Shown piece after piece: positions 26,039 to 37,081 of a stretch of DNA of 64,000 bases; positions within the stretch are counted from its first letter, which is position 1, and each line of letters opens with the position of its first letter. The notes under the pieces were generated by a model. It had not been told where the DNA came from and did no database searches. It was given only the letters and a program-made list of their open reading frames with translations. The translations under genes were made by a program, and so were the position numbers. Where the stretch lies: NCBI GenBank assembly GCA_963722765.1, contig CAVROO010000014.1, forward strand, positions 322,976 to 386,975, given 5' to 3'. The stretch comes from an uncultured Acidobacteriota bacterium (lineage in GTDB: Bacteria; Acidobacteriota; Vicinamibacteria; Marinacidobacterales; DATDRI01).

Positions 26039-28777
26039 ATGCTGAATAAAATTATTGCCAGAGTCATAGGTACCAAGAACGAGCGCGAGCTCAAAAAGAT
26101 ACAGCCCCTCGTGGCTCAAATCAATGAGCTCGAGCCCAAGATAAAGGCCCTCACCGACGCGGATCTTCAAGCGCAGACCGCGGCGTTCCGGCAGAAACTG
26201 GATCAGGGCGCTTCCCTCGATGATCTTCTGCCCGAGGCCTTCGCGGTTTGTCGCGAGGCCGGTTGGCGAACGCTCAACATGCGTCACTTCGACGTCCAGC
26301 TCATCGGTGGCATCGTTTTGCACCGAGGCATGATCGCCGAGATGAAAACGGGTGAAGGAAAAACCCTGGTGGCGACGTTGCCGGCGTATCTCAACGCGCT
26401 GACGGGTAAAGGCGTTCACATCATTACCGTGAACGATTATCTGGCCCGTCGTGATGCGGAGTGGATGGGGAAGATATTCGAGTTCTTGGGTTTGTCGGTC
26501 GGCAACATCCAGCACGAGAATACCGACGTCGAAAGGCAGGTAGCCTACGGGTCCGATGTGACCTACGGGACGAACAACGAGTTCGGTTTCGACTACCTCC
26601 GCGACAACATGAAGTTCGACCCGTCGCTCTTCGTCCACAAGATTTTCCAAAAAACCGTTAAAGATCCCGACGGCAAAGAAATGGAGAAGCTCCTCCATTT
26701 CGGCATCGTGGACGAGGTGGACTCGATTCTCATCGACGAGGCCCGAACGCCTCTCATCATCAGTGGCCCGGCGGAAGAGTCTACGGAGCTTTACTACAAT
26801 ATCGATCGCATCATTCCCCGGCTGAGACGGGACGTCGACTACACTATCGACGAGAAAACACGGACCGTTACCTTGACGGAGGACGGAGTTCCTCACGCCG
26901 AAAAGGTCTTGGGTATCGCGAACCTTTACGACCCCGGCCAAATGCACATCCTGCATCACATCTACCAGGCCCTGCGTGCCCACACGCTCTACAAGCGGGA
27001 CACGGACTACATGGTAAAGGACGGGCAGGTGGTCATCGTGGATGAGTTCACGGGCCGGCTGATGCCCGGTCGACGGTGGTCGGATGGTCTTCATCAAGCG
27101 GTGGAGGCCAAGGAGCATGTGAAGATCGAGCGCGAAAACCAGACGCTCGCTACCGTGACTTTTCAGAATTACTTTCGCATGTACGACAAATTGGCGGGTA
27201 TGACCGGTACGGCGGAGACCGAAGCGGCCGAGTTCGAAAAGGTTTACAACCTAGATGTCATGGTCGTTCCTACGAACCGTACTTTGATCCGGGACGAATA
27301 TCCAGATGTCGTCTACCGCACAGAGCGCGAGAAGCTCAACGCGGTGGTGGAGGAAATCGAGGAGCTCAATGAAGAAGGAAGGCCGGTGCTCGTAGGAACC
27401 ACTTCCATCGGCAAGAGCGAAAAGCTCGCTCAAATGTTGAAGAGGGCCGGACTCAAGCACGTCGTGCTCAACGCGAAGTACCACGAGATGGAAGCGGAAA
27501 TCGTTGCTCAGGCCGGTCGGCGGAGCGCGGTAACCATCGCCACCAACATGGCCGGTCGAGGAACCGATATTCTTCTCGGGGGCAATCCCGACAATATGGC
27601 CAAGGCCGCACTCAAATCGAAGGGAAAAGACCCGCTCGAGGTATCCGAGGAGGAGTGGAACGAGGCTTTCAGCAAGGCGCAAGCCCAAGTGAGCGAGGCG
27701 CACGACCACGTTGTGGGCGCGGGAGGGCTTCACATTCTCGCGACCGAGCGGCACGAGGCCCGACGGATTGATAACCAGCTTCGAGGTCGCGCCGGCCGCC
27801 AAGGTGACCCGGGAAGCTCTCGTTTCTATCTGTCCCTCGAAGACGATCTGATGCGTATCTTCGGCAGTGACCGGATCAGCGGTCTCATGCAGCGCCTCGG
27901 TATGGAGGAGGGCGTGCCCATCGAGCACAAGATGGTCACGCGCGCCATTGAAAGGGCGCAGAAGCAGGTCGAGGGACAGAACTTCGGTATCCGCAAACAC
28001 CTTCTCGAGTACGACGACGTCATGAACAAGCAGAGGGTGGCGGTCTATCGACTCCGGCGAGAGATCCTCGAGGGCAAAGACCAGCGTGAGTACGTGATGG
28101 AGCTCGCGGGTACGCTCCTCGATTATTTCCTCGACCAACATCTCGCCCCCGACATCGAGCCCAGAGACTGGAACACCGAAGGATTACAGCACGACCTCAC
28201 CCGCCAATTCGGTTTCGAGAGCTCCCTTCACAAGGACGTGGCCTGGGACGAGCTCAACCGGCAGGAAATTCGTGATCTCATTTGGGGCAAGATCGAAGAA
28301 AAATACAAACAGAAGGAAGAGCTCATTGGTCCCGACTTGATGCGCGTTCACGAGCGCATCATCATGCTGCAGATCGTCGATGCTCAATGGAAGGACCACC
28401 TCTACGGCATGGACCATCTCAAAGAGGGGATTGGGCTTCGAGGGTACGGCCAACGCGATCCTCTCATCGAGTACAAGAAAGAAAGCTTCCAGATGTTCGA
28501 GGCGATGTGGGATCGCATCGAGGAGGAATCGGTTCGCTACTTGTTTCTTCTCCAACCGGTTCGCGAGCAAGCTGCAGAAGAACGTCCCCGAGCGAGGCCC
28601 TCGCGACTTCTCTTCAACGATCCCGGAACCTCTACGTCGGCTTTTGCGCGCCGTGAATCGAAGGGCGGTGCGGACGCGGCGGTCAAGACGGTCAAGAGAA
28701 CGAGCAAAAAAGTCGGCAGGAACGATCCCTGCCCTTGCGGAAGCGGCAAGAAACACAAAAAGTGTTGTGGTGCGTAG
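26039..28777 (+). CDS. secA: Preprotein translocase ATPase SecA
   Basis: [20 protein letters not shown], Walker [33 protein letters not shown], and the C-terminal zinc motif [14 protein letters not shown]. Confidence 0.95.
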   Translation: MLNKIIARVIGTKNERELKKIQPLVAQINELEPKIKALTDADLQAQTAAFRQKLDQGASLDDLLPEAFAVCREAGWRTLNMRHFDVQLIGGIVLHRGMIAEMKTGEGKTLVATLPAYLNALTGKGVHIITVNDYLARRDAEWMGKIFEFLGLSVGNIQHENTDVERQVAYGSDVTYGTNNEFGFDYLRDNMKFDPSLFVHKIFQKTVKDPDGKEMEKLLHFGIVDEVDSILIDEARTPLIISGPAEESTELYYNIDRIIPRLRRDVDYTIDEKTRTVTLTEDGVPHAEKVLGIANLYDPGQMHILHHIYQALRAHTLYKRDTDYMVKDGQVVIVDEFTGRLMPGRRWSDGLHQAVEAKEHVKIERENQTLATVTFQNYFRMYDKLAGMTGTAETEAAEFEKVYNLDVMVVPTNRTLIRDEYPDVVYRTEREKLNAVVEEIEELNEEGRPVLVGTTSIGKSEKLAQMLKRAGLKHVVLNAKYHEMEAEIVAQAGRRSAVTIATNMAGRGTDILLGGNPDNMAKAALKSKGKDPLEVSEEEWNEAFSKAQAQVSEAHDHVVGAGGLHILATERHEARRIDNQLRGRAGRQGDPGSSRFYLSLEDDLMRIFGSDRISGLMQRLGMEEGVPIEHKMVTRAIERAQKQVEGQNFGIRKHLLEYDDVMNKQRVAVYRLRREILEGKDQREYVMELAGTLLDYFLDQHLAPDIEPRDWNTEGLQHDLTRQFGFESSLHKDVAWDELNRQEIRDLIWGKIEEKYKQKEELIGPDLMRVHERIIMLQIVDAQWKDHLYGMDHLKEGIGLRGYGQRDPLIEYKKESFQMFEAMWDRIEEESVRYLFLLQPVREQAAEERPRARPSRLLFNDPGTSTSAFARRESKGGADAAVKTVKRTSKKVGRNDPCPCGSGKKHKKCCGA

Positions 28778-28929
28778 GCCAGGCTGTGCCTGGCACGCGC
28801 CTCAAATTAATACCTTTAACTTTCTCAATTCATAGGAGGACTATTTGAACCAACGACCTTCCTCCCATCGGTCTCACATTCGACGACGTTCTCCTCGTTC
28901 CTCAGAAGAGTGAAGTTCTTCCCACCGAG

Positions 28930-30306
28930 GTGGACGTGACCACTCAGTTCAGTCGGCGCATCCGTTTGAATATCCCCATCATGAGCGCCGGCATGGATAC
29001 GGTTACCGAGTCCCGTCTTGCCATCACGATTGCCCAACTCGGAGGCGTCGGGGTCATTCATCGAAACCTGTCTCCGGAGCGTCAATCTGATGAAGTGGAC
29101 AAGGTCAAGCGTTCCGAGAGCGGGATGATCGTGGATCCCATCACGATGTCGCCCGACCGTCCCATCTCGGAAGCGATGGAAATCATGGCGAAGTACCGTA
29201 TTTCCGGTGTTCCGATCACGATGGATGGCAAGTTGGTCGGGATCCTGACGAATCGCGATCTCCGATTCGAGACCCGTATGGCACTGCCCATTTCGGAGAT
29301 CATGACCAAGGAGAAGCTGATCACGGTTCCCATCGGCACGACACTCGAGGAGGCCAAAAAAATTCTGCACGCGCACCGCGTGGAAAAGCTACTCGTGGTT
29401 GACGACGATTTTCAGCTCAAAGGCCTAATTACCGTCAAAGATATCCAGAAGGCCATCAAGTACCCCCACGCATGCAAGGACGAACTGGGAAGGCTTCGCT
29501 GCGCCGCGGCGATTGGGGTTGGTGAGGCGGCGATCGACAGAGCCCGAGCCCTGGTGGAGGCCCATGTCGATGCCATCGTGGTCGATACCGCACACGGCCA
29601 TAGCAAAGCCGTACTGGAAACCCTGGAGAGAGTCAAGGGTGAGCATCCCGAGGTTGACGTCGTCGCCGGGAACGTGGCTACGGGTGTGGCAACGGCAGAT
29701 ATGATTCGAGCTGGTGCCGATGCGGTCAAAGTCGGTGTCGGGCCGGGCTCGATCTGCACAACACGTATCGTGTCGGGGGCGGGTGTTCCCCAGATCACGG
29801 CGGTTCTCGAATGTGCAAAGGCCGCTGCCGGATCCGGCGTGCCGGTGATCTCGGATGGCGGAATCCAGTTCAGTGGCGATATCACAAAAGCTATTGCGGC
29901 CGGAGCCGATTCGGTCATGATAGGAAGCCTTTTCGCCGGAACCGACGAGAGCCCGGGGGAGACGATCCTATTCCAGGGACGTACTTTCAAGACCTACCGC
30001 GGTATGGGTTCTCTCGGTGCCATGAGTGAAGCGACCAAAGACCGATACTCACAACAACATGTAGAGGCGGCCAAGCTCGTTCCGGAGGGGATCGAAGGCC
30101 GAGTGCCCGCGAAGGGGAGTCTCCAAGGGGTCATGGAGCAACTCGTCGGAGGACTAAGGTCCGGCATGGGCTACTGCGGGTGTAAGAGCATCGATGAGCT
30201 CAAGACGCGGGCGAAGTTCTTGAGAATCACTCAGTCGGGATACAAAGAGAGTCACGTTCATGATGTCATTATTACGAAGGAAGCTCCCAACTATCAGCTC
30301 GATTGA
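28930..30306 (+). CDS. guaB: IMP dehydrogenase
   Basis: CBS pair, catalytic loop [11 protein letters not shown], and GGIQFSGDI. The conserved N-terminus ([17 protein letters not shown]) is encoded in frame upstream from 28849 without a start codon. A TTG at 28845 with an AGGAGG RBS is one nucleotide out of frame, which suggests an indel near 28856. Confidence 0.9.
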   Translation: MDVTTQFSRRIRLNIPIMSAGMDTVTESRLAITIAQLGGVGVIHRNLSPERQSDEVDKVKRSESGMIVDPITMSPDRPISEAMEIMAKYRISGVPITMDGKLVGILTNRDLRFETRMALPISEIMTKEKLITVPIGTTLEEAKKILHAHRVEKLLVVDDDFQLKGLITVKDIQKAIKYPHACKDELGRLRCAAAIGVGEAAIDRARALVEAHVDAIVVDTAHGHSKAVLETLERVKGEHPEVDVVAGNVATGVATADMIRAGADAVKVGVGPGSICTTRIVSGAGVPQITAVLECAKAAAGSGVPVISDGGIQFSGDITKAIAAGADSVMIGSLFAGTDESPGETILFQGRTFKTYRGMGSLGAMSEATKDRYSQQHVEAAKLVPEGIEGRVPAKGSLQGVMEQLVGGLRSGMGYCGCKSIDELKTRAKFLRITQSGYKESHVHDVIITKEAPNYQLD

Positions 30307-31306
30307 ACCTTCGGCCGGGTTGGAATACCGCCGACTTTTTGCGATCGTTGTGAGCTGCCTCGTCGGATTCCTAGTTTCTTGTGAGCTCCGCACGCGGCCG
30401 GCGCTCATCACCGTGTACAACCCGGCCATGAAAATCTCGGTTCCTATACCTCAAGGATGGCGCTCCGAGCTGGGTGACCAGTCCGGATTTCGAATGCACA
30501 CCTTTACGGGCCCATCCGTGGATGTGCCGGAACGCCCCGGTATTCGAGCACAAGTCATGCTCGGCCCGATGCCCAAGGGCAAAGCCCTTGACGAGCTCTC
30601 GAAACGCTACACCGAGGGACATACGGTGACCCAGGAACAGGGACACTCCTTGCATGGATTTGCCGGCAAGACGTGGTATTTCCAGTCCGAAGACGGAGCC
30701 GAAAGCTCGCGGCTCATGCTCACTGACTTGGAGGGAAGACTCTACGGCATTTATATCCACGGCGAGGCTCCGACCATGGATGCCAACCGACCGGCCATCG
30801 ATGCTATGTGGGATGGCCTTTCGGTGGAAGAGGCCCGGTTCTTCGAAGCTTACGAAAGGCCTGACATCGGTCTTTTCTTGAAACACCCCCGATCTTGGGA
30901 ACGGACCGCCTTCCTAACCAAGAGCGGAGAATCTCTTTTTGTTGCGTTTCGAAGCCCGCCTTTGCTTCTTGAAGAAGGGGGCAGTACGATTCACGCCACG
31001 CTCGAGGTGACCGTCAACAAAGTCGAGCCCGGTACGACGCTCGAGAGCTACTACTCGGGGCGGGCCGACATGCAGGGTGACAATTATCGACTCCTCTCCC
31101 ATGACGTTATCAACGAGGGTGACGCCATTTCCGACCTCTATCACATCGAAACTCAACTGGCGCAGTACCTCGAGCGAACGCTATACTTCATCCGAGGCGA
31201 CAAGAGCTACATCTTCAAGTTCAGTTGCCAGAATACGGTCTATCGTCAAATCGAGCCCTGGATCGAGGAGATGATCACGACCTTTGCGCCTCTTGATGTG
31301 AACTAA
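30260..31306 (+). CDS. Hypothetical lipoprotein (two similar halves)
   Basis: 348-aa ORF with a possible lipobox (LVGFLVSC). No family recognised. The start is uncertain; it overlaps the guaB 3' end by 47 nt. Confidence 0.5.
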   Translation: MMSLLRRKLPTISSIEPSAGLEYRRLFAIVVSCLVGFLVSCELRTRPALITVYNPAMKISVPIPQGWRSELGDQSGFRMHTFTGPSVDVPERPGIRAQVMLGPMPKGKALDELSKRYTEGHTVTQEQGHSLHGFAGKTWYFQSEDGAESSRLMLTDLEGRLYGIYIHGEAPTMDANRPAIDAMWDGLSVEEARFFEAYERPDIGLFLKHPRSWERTAFLTKSGESLFVAFRSPPLLLEEGGSTIHATLEVTVNKVEPGTTLESYYSGRADMQGDNYRLLSHDVINEGDAISDLYHIETQLAQYLERTLYFIRGDKSYIFKFSCQNTVYRQIEPWIEEMITTFAPLDVN

Positions 31307-31356
31307 ACATTTCCCTTACCGAAGGGGTCGGATTTCCTGCTTAGGGTGGGTTTTTA

Positions 31357-32952
31357 ATGGCTACTATTGTCGACAGGGTTGGAGCATGGCTCGGCCGCCG
31401 AGCGACTATGCGCACCGAGCTCGGGGTGGAACAAGGCCGCAGTCCGGACGGCTCACTTCGTATGCCGAACGAGGGCGACGGCCGGTACGAGCTTGTCGAG
31501 AAACGCGGCCGCACTGCAGCGACTCCGGACCGGTGGTCCCAATACCTTTACTTCGTCCTGGAGCCGGGGCCTCGCGAAAAACTCCGCGAACGTCTGGTCA
31601 TCGAGATCGATTATTTCGGTCCGCGGTACGCCACCTTTCGGTTGCAGTATAGCTCCAAGGATTCTGCGGCTCCCTACGAGGGCGTTTACAAGGAGGCGGA
31701 ACAGCTGTGGGACGGCATCGAAGGGGACGAACCGAGTTGGCGGCGGTGTTTGTTCATCATTCACGACTTCGATCCGGAACGAACCCAAAACTTGGACGCC
31801 AGTTTCCGCCTGGAGCTTCGGCAGGATTTCTACGTGTCGCGCATCGCCGTTTCTGCCGAGCCGCCCGAAGACATGGGCGCCTACACGGTTCAAGCGCCGC
31901 TGCCATCCATCCGAAAGTCACCCCACCGGGTTTATCCGATCTGGTGGATGTTCGTTGAGCTCACCAACGTTTGTAATTTCCACTGCACGTTCTGTCCCGA
32001 CGAGATCATGGAACGGCAGCGGGGCAAGATGAGCTATGAAGACGCTTGCCGGATCTTCGACATGATTGCGAAGGAAAAGCACCGTCTCGGGCCTCTTTAT
32101 CCGGTGAAGCTCCACCAGATGGGCGAGCCGACTCTCCATCATCGCTTGGTCGATATCGTCGCCTACGCGGAGTCCAAGGAGATTCCCATCGAGCTCAACA
32201 CCAACTGCAGCATGTTGACTCCCAAGCTAATGGACGGGCTCTACGAAGCGGGGTTGACCAACCTTATTTTGAGTTATCAGACTCCCGATGAAGAGTCTTT
32301 TGTGACCAGAAAGGCGATCAACAAGAAGTTGACGTTCGAGCTCTACATGGAAAAAGTCCGAATGGCGGTGGAGCGCAAGGTGGCTCTCGAGGCTTCGACC
32401 TATATCGAGATCGACGTCATGAACACGATGGGCTCGTCCGGGATTCAAATCGTGAGTGAGGAGAGCCGTGCTAATAGAGTTCTTCTGGAGTGGGTCGCCT
32501 TCGCAAGAACTCTTGAAAGAAAATACGATCTCCCCCAGAAGCGGCACAACCTCGATCTCGTTACCGGAGGTTTCCGTTTCCTCGAGCACGATGAGGATAC
32601 GGGACGTTATTCGCTGCTACCCGGGGTCGATCTCGTTTGGAAGCGCCTTCATAGCTGGGGCAACGTCATTCAGGCCCAGGAGGGTCCACCCACCGTTGAC
32701 GGCTATTGCCCCGCTCCCAACGAGCAGTTCGTCATCTTGTGGGACGGTCGAGTCACTGTCTGTTGCACCGACTACGAGGGAACGCTTGCCATGGGCAATG
32801 TCAAGGAACAGACCATCGAAGAGATCTGGACTAGTCCCAAGTGGCAGCACATGCGTGAGCAAATGTGGCAGGACGTTCTCGAGTCGCGGACATGCAGAAT
32901 TTGTAAGGGTGTCGAATCACCTACGAGCAGCCTTCACCAAATCGAGGTTTAG
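31357..32952 (+). CDS. Radical SAM / SPASM-domain protein with a ~190-aa N-terminal domain of unknown type
   Basis: CxxxCxxC cluster motif (NVCNFHCTFCPDE), GEPTLH, NTNCSML, and a Cys-rich SPASM-like C-terminus (CPAPNEQF..VTVCCTDY...CRICKG). Confidence 0.8.
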   Translation: MATIVDRVGAWLGRRATMRTELGVEQGRSPDGSLRMPNEGDGRYELVEKRGRTAATPDRWSQYLYFVLEPGPREKLRERLVIEIDYFGPRYATFRLQYSSKDSAAPYEGVYKEAEQLWDGIEGDEPSWRRCLFIIHDFDPERTQNLDASFRLELRQDFYVSRIAVSAEPPEDMGAYTVQAPLPSIRKSPHRVYPIWWMFVELTNVCNFHCTFCPDEIMERQRGKMSYEDACRIFDMIAKEKHRLGPLYPVKLHQMGEPTLHHRLVDIVAYAESKEIPIELNTNCSMLTPKLMDGLYEAGLTNLILSYQTPDEESFVTRKAINKKLTFELYMEKVRMAVERKVALEASTYIEIDVMNTMGSSGIQIVSEESRANRVLLEWVAFARTLERKYDLPQKRHNLDLVTGGFRFLEHDEDTGRYSLLPGVDLVWKRLHSWGNVIQAQEGPPTVDGYCPAPNEQFVILWDGRVTVCCTDYEGTLAMGNVKEQTIEEIWTSPKWQHMREQMWQDVLESRTCRICKGVESPTSSLHQIEV

Positions 32953-33263
32953 CCCCAATCCGACAATAAACTCAGGGTAAATTGCAGGAAAAACGGGGAC
33001 AGGTCCCTTTTTGGCAAAGACAACGGTCCACCAAAAACGGACCTGTCCCTATTTTTCCAGTAATTTGCGTAGATTTCGTGAGCTCGGATTAGGGTCCGCC
33101 CTGAAGCGAACACGAGCCAACAAAGCCATTGCGTAAAGACACATTAGAACGGCTTCATAGTTGAGTGAATCACAGACCCCCTTCCCAAGAATAGCGGCCA
33201 CTATCATGGCTTTTGTTGCGTCAGCCAAAGCTGATTCGCTTATTTATTGTCGCTTCAGGGTTA
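32951..33263 (+). mobile_element. MITE-like element 'A', copy 2
   Basis: Collinear with 7159-7469. It starts at the stop codon of the radical SAM gene and ends ..TTATTGTCGCTTCAGGGTTA. Confidence 0.8.
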
Positions 33264-33393
33264 GTTTCTTCCTCGTTTCACCGCCCCCAGCGATTTCGCA
33301 AAGTCTATTGATCCAAAGGCGTAAGGCGCTGTTCGAATAGAACTTCGGTACAAATTCTCCAATAGCTGCATTTCTGCAAATTTCAGAGGGGGG

Positions 33394-33422
33394 TTGACAA
33401 ACCTCAAATCTGACACTATTAT
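33394..33422 (+). promoter_or_regulatory. Consensus-like sigma70 promoter driving the IS ORFs
   Basis: TTGACA (33394-33399), a 17 nt spacer, then TATTAT (33417-33422), about 40 nt upstream of the orfA ATG. Confidence 0.55.
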
Positions 33423-33463
33423 TAGTGGTAGTCTATTCTCGGATATCATAGAACCGATTTCAA

Positions 33464-33796
33464 ATGGCAGATAAGGAACTCCAGGCACGGGGCAGTCTAG
33501 CGCGCCGACTGTCTTCGTTCAGGGAGATGCTGCCGGGCTCGTTCGTTGTGCGGCGGCGCAAATGCGGTAAGCCCAACTGCAAATGCGCCAAAAAAGACGA
33601 CGAGTTTCACCTCCAGTATCAGTTATCGGTTCTGTGGAATGGCAAACATTACACCTTCCACATTCCCGCTGAGATGGCCGAAGAGGTACGCAACAGAGTC
33701 GAGATGCATAAGCAGTTCCAGGATTTAGTATCGAAGATTTTTGAAATCAATCTTCGGCGACTCCTGCGTCGGAAGGAGGGCAAGGAGAACCTTTAG
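33464..33796 (+). CDS. IS accessory protein (DUF6788-like, CxxC zinc-ribbon motif)
   Basis: GSFVVRRRKCGKPNCKCAKKDDEFHLQYQLS matches the 'RKCGKPNC.C' motif I recall from small ORFs that precede IS transposases. Confidence 0.6.
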   Translation: MADKELQARGSLARRLSSFREMLPGSFVVRRRKCGKPNCKCAKKDDEFHLQYQLSVLWNGKHYTFHIPAEMAEEVRNRVEMHKQFQDLVSKIFEINLRRLLRRKEGKENL

Positions 33797-33798
33797 CC

Positions 33799-35058
33799 TT
33801 GCGTCGGTACCGGTTCGAGGCCTACCTGGATAAGGTTTTTGATTTCTCCGCGAAGGTGTCGGCTCTGCTGGAAGGGCGCCAGTACCCGCAGCATCCCTGG
33901 AAAAAAGTCTTTGAAGCGGTGTTTCTCGGTGCCGCCTGTCAGTTTGCATCTCTGCACGCGATCGAAGCGGAATGTCGCGACGGAGCGTTTCGCACCCGCA
34001 TCGGCTCGATCAGCGAAGATACGCTTCGTTACGCTCTACAACGCCAGCACCCTGACGATATTGTTCAACTGGGCTGCGAGGTGTCGAGACGTTTGAAAAG
34101 AAACGGGGTGCTGCATTCGGATTGGGCTCGTGGACGAGTGGTCGCTGCTGTCGATGGAACCGAGATCTGCAGTTCCTTTGCCCGGTGTTGTGACACGTGC
34201 TTGGAAAGAAGAGTCCAGCGGAAACTACAGGGCGAACTGCAGGAATCCATCCAGTATTACCACCGCATCGTTGCGGTCACGGTGGTCAGCACACCCTTTT
34301 CGATCCCCTTGGGCATACGATTCCAAAAACAAGGCGAAGGGGAGGTCGATTGTGCCTTGGCCTTATTGCGGGAGCTGCACGAGAGGCTTGGACGTCGATT
34401 CCTGGATGTTTTGGTGGGTGATGCTTTGTATCTGCAAAAGCCCTTCGTTCAAGCCGTCGAAGCGCTAGGCCTGCAGTGGGTGTTCACTCTTAAAGAGAAT
34501 CAGCCAGAACTGCTGGCGGAAGCCCAACGCCTCAGCACCGGCGAACCCGACATGGAGCAATCAGATTCGAAACAACAGATTCAGCTATGGCACGCCCCGC
34601 AGGTGTATTGGCCCGTCGCAGACCGAGACGTACGAGTGGTCAAGGTGCTACGAACCCAGAAAGTCAATCAGGTCCGTATACATAACGACAATGGTAAAAA
34701 GCAACCCGTCAAGGATTTGGTTGAAAGGCAGAGCACTAACTTTTTCGCCAGCAATATGGAAATCGATTCCATTCCCCCGATCTTTATTTATCAACTGGGC
34801 CAGAGTCGTTGGGCAATTGATTCCGAAGTCTTTCAAACCATCACCGTCGATAGCCACCTGAAACATCCTTCTGTTCATCAAGGTCACGATTGCGCGCTGG
34901 TCATGCTGATCATGATTCGCCTTGTGGCCTATACGCTCACGATGGTCTTCTACCACCGGCAGGTTCTTAGCCACCATCCAAGATACCCGCTCGGCTTCTG
35001 TGACCTGGCAAAGAAGCTTACCTACCACTTCTTGATCGAACCTTACGACACCAGTTGA
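33799..35058 (+). CDS. DDE transposase, IS4-superfamily-like
   Basis: 419 aa. Candidate DDE residues are VAAVDGTE, LVGDALY and SRWAIDSEVFQTI...LKH (a Y-R-E-K-like C-terminal signature). A TTG start follows an AAGGAG RBS. Confidence 0.7.
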   Translation: MRRYRFEAYLDKVFDFSAKVSALLEGRQYPQHPWKKVFEAVFLGAACQFASLHAIEAECRDGAFRTRIGSISEDTLRYALQRQHPDDIVQLGCEVSRRLKRNGVLHSDWARGRVVAAVDGTEICSSFARCCDTCLERRVQRKLQGELQESIQYYHRIVAVTVVSTPFSIPLGIRFQKQGEGEVDCALALLRELHERLGRRFLDVLVGDALYLQKPFVQAVEALGLQWVFTLKENQPELLAEAQRLSTGEPDMEQSDSKQQIQLWHAPQVYWPVADRDVRVVKVLRTQKVNQVRIHNDNGKKQPVKDLVERQSTNFFASNMEIDSIPPIFIYQLGQSRWAIDSEVFQTITVDSHLKHPSVHQGHDCALVMLIMIRLVAYTLTMVFYHRQVLSHHPRYPLGFCDLAKKLTYHFLIEPYDTS

Positions 35059-35456
35059 ACTTCGTCCCCCCTGTTACCCAAATCATAGCCCGCCCTCGTC
35101 AGGTGTAGGCGCTCTTGCCCCCTTTGCCTCAGAAAACTGGATCCGGGTCGATTCCTGACCTCAAAATCGCCTTGAAAAATCTCCGTCGAGGCTCAACAAG
35201 CGCGGAACCGTGTAGAATCAGCCGGATATCGACGGTCGGTGCGGGCACCTTGCGAAACCGCTGTCACCGCCCCACTGCGACTTGCTCTCGAATGCAAATT
35301 CGTATATCATTTCTGAACACCGAACAATTTGATTCAAGGGGGGTTGAGTCGCTTGTCTCGGTTGGCAATACCGGCTGTTTAACTCTGCGGTCGAACTTCC
35401 CCAATCTTCCCCGTGTCCGAGCTCCCGTTTGTGTATTGGTTTATTTCTTGGAGGGG

Positions 35457-36770
35457 ATGACAATGTGGAAGCGAATAGTACCCGTTCTGTGCTTGTTCCT
35501 GATAGCCTCTTTGCTCACTAGCCCAGTGCACGCCAAGGGTGATCACAAAAAGCTGGTCATTTCCAGTGCCTACGCCGATCTCACCGATGGGGTAATTTTC
35601 CTGCATGGTAAGAACTTCGGTGACAATCCACAGGTTCTTTTGACCGAATTCCCGCCTCTCGAGGTATTGCATGCCTCCGATGAAAAGATCGAAGCTGAGC
35701 TTCCGGCCGGGATTGAGCCGGGCACGTACCGTTTGATGGTGGTTCGGCCAGGAAAGGGTTGGACCTACTATTTTCGGTACGACAGTCTCGACGTTGCCAT
35801 CGGTGGCGGTGGTGGGACTCCTGGACCGGAGGGGCCTGAAGGACCTCAGGGACCTCAGGGAGAAGAAGGGCCAACGGGACCTCAGGGTGAAACTGGACCC
35901 ACGGGACCCGAGGGCCCTGAAGGACCGGCAGGACCGACTGGACCCGCGGGAGCAGCAGGGCCGACTGGGCCAGCCGGACCGCAGGGACCCGCAGGGCCGA
36001 CTGGTGCGGCCGGGCCTCAGGGAACTGCAGGGCCCCAGGGACCCGTAGGCGCAGATGGTGCTACCGGTCCGGCAGGACCCGCTGGACCACCAGGAGCAGA
36101 TGGTGCTACCGGTCCGGCAGGACCCGCTGGACCACCAGGAGCAGATGGTGCTACCGGTCCGGCAGGACCCGCTGGACCACCAGGAGCAGATGGTGCTACC
36201 GGTCCGGCAGGACCCGCTGGACCACCAGGAGCAGATGGTGCTACCGGTCCGGCAGGACCCGCTGGACCACCAGGAGCAGATGGTGCTACCGGTCCGGCAG
36301 GACCCGCTGGATCACCAGGAGCAGATGGTGCACCAGGACCGGCAGGGCCCGCTGGATCACCAGGAGCAGATGGCGCTCCCGGTCCGGCAGGACCGCAAGG
36401 ACCTACGGGCGCCGATGGGGCTCAAGGCCCGATGGGCCCGGGTGGCCCGATGGGCCCACGGGGACCCGAGGGACCCCAAGGACCTGAAGGACCGCCAGGC
36501 GACGGAGGAGCCACTTTCGAGACTGTTGAGTTAACGCGCACCATCTATATCACTCCTCCAAATGTATTTACACTGAATGTCGAATGCCCTGTCGGTTCGC
36601 GAGTAGTTGGTGGAGGGATGAACCAGACATCGCCGTCGATACAACCTTGGCGTGGCCTAGTGATTGTCGGTTCCTACCCGATCAGCGACGGTGCGTGGCA
36701 GGTCCAGTTCACCAGCTCACACGGAGCGTACCTTGCAGATATCAAAGGCCACGCTGTCTGCGTGCAGTGA
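35457..36770 (+). CDS. Secreted collagen-like triple-helix-repeat protein (IPT/TIG-like N-domain, long G-x-y region, Cys-containing C-domain)
   Basis: A GGAGGGG RBS precedes the ATG at 35457. Signal peptide [26 protein letters not shown]. About 220 residues of GPxGPx repeats. The track ORF start at 35115 is unlikely. Confidence 0.8.
   Translation: MTMWKRIVPVLCLFLIASLLTSPVHAKGDHKKLVISSAYADLTDGVIFLHGKNFGDNPQVLLTEFPPLEVLHASDEKIEAELPAGIEPGTYRLMVVRPGKGWTYYFRYDSLDVAIGGGGGTPGPEGPEGPQGPQGEEGPTGPQGETGPTGPEGPEGPAGPTGPAGAAGPTGPAGPQGPAGPTGAAGPQGTAGPQGPVGADGATGPAGPAGPPGADGATGPAGPAGPPGADGATGPAGPAGPPGADGATGPAGPAGPPGADGATGPAGPAGPPGADGATGPAGPAGSPGADGAPGPAGPAGSPGADGAPGPAGPQGPTGADGAQGPMGPGGPMGPRGPEGPQGPEGPPGDGGATFETVELTRTIYITPPNVFTLNVECPVGSRVVGGGMNQTSPSIQPWRGLVIVGSYPISDGAWQVQFTSSHGAYLADIKGHAVCVQ
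36051..36365 (+). repeat. 45-bp tandem repeat inside the collagen-like gene (5 identical copies plus 2 near-identical)
   Basis: GCAGATGGTGCTACCGGTCCGGCAGGACCCGCTGGACCACCAGGA repeats exactly at 36051, 36096, 36141, 36186 and 36231. Variant copies lie at 36276 and 36321. Each encodes [15 protein letters not shown]. Confidence 0.95.
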
Positions 36771-36820
36771 TCGGATTGGAACAACGTTAACAACAGATCA
36801 GGCTTGGGGGTTCGTACGAT

Positions 36821-37075
36821 TTACTCGTACGGACCCTCACCGGCAACTCGAGCTCTGACGTACTCCACGTAGAAGCCGTTCGGATCCGGACGAAGTGCGG
36901 CGGAGCGGAAACGAACGTAGGATATGCCGTTGAAGCTCTCGGTTTCATAAAGCCAGTCCACATCCAGCAACACGAAGGCGCGATGTCCCGGCGCCTGTCC
37001 GGCGGCGACGAGCACATTGCCCGCAACCGTTTCGGCGATCTGCGATTCGTTCAGGCCTTTGTCACAGTAATCCAA
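36821..37075 (-). CDS. Hypothetical 84-aa protein immediately downstream of the RHH gene
   Basis: The ORF starts (TTG) 6 nt after the RHH stop codon. No family recognised. Confidence 0.35.
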   Translation of the reverse strand: MDYCDKGLNESQIAETVAGNVLVAAGQAPGHRAFVLLDVDWLYETESFNGISYVRFRSAALRPDPNGFYVEYVRARVAGEGPYE

Positions 37076-37081
37076 TCCAGC

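Larger units (their letters stand above)
33385..35082 (+). mobile_element. IS element with two ORFs (small Zn-ribbon-like OrfA plus an IS4-like DDE transposase); the ends are approximate
   Basis: Two adjacent ORFs of transposase type. Weak inverted ends are AGAGGGGGGTTGAC (left) and GTCCCCCCTGT (right). An internal outward-facing promoter sits at the left end. Confidence 0.6.

Noticed and set aside
26024-28141. Long antisense ORFs within secA (26024..27118 and 27251..28141). Similar shadows occur in other genes, such as 19451..20245, 40484..41263, 43296..43934, 48619..49272 and 62060..63445.
   Set aside because: These are shadow ORFs, typical of GC-rich coding DNA. The opposite strand encodes unmistakable conserved proteins.
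36055-36534. 159-aa ORF with a repeated [15 protein letters not shown] peptide.
   Set aside because: It is an alternative frame of the 45-bp collagen repeat. The G-x-y frame, with its signal peptide and RBS, is the coding one.
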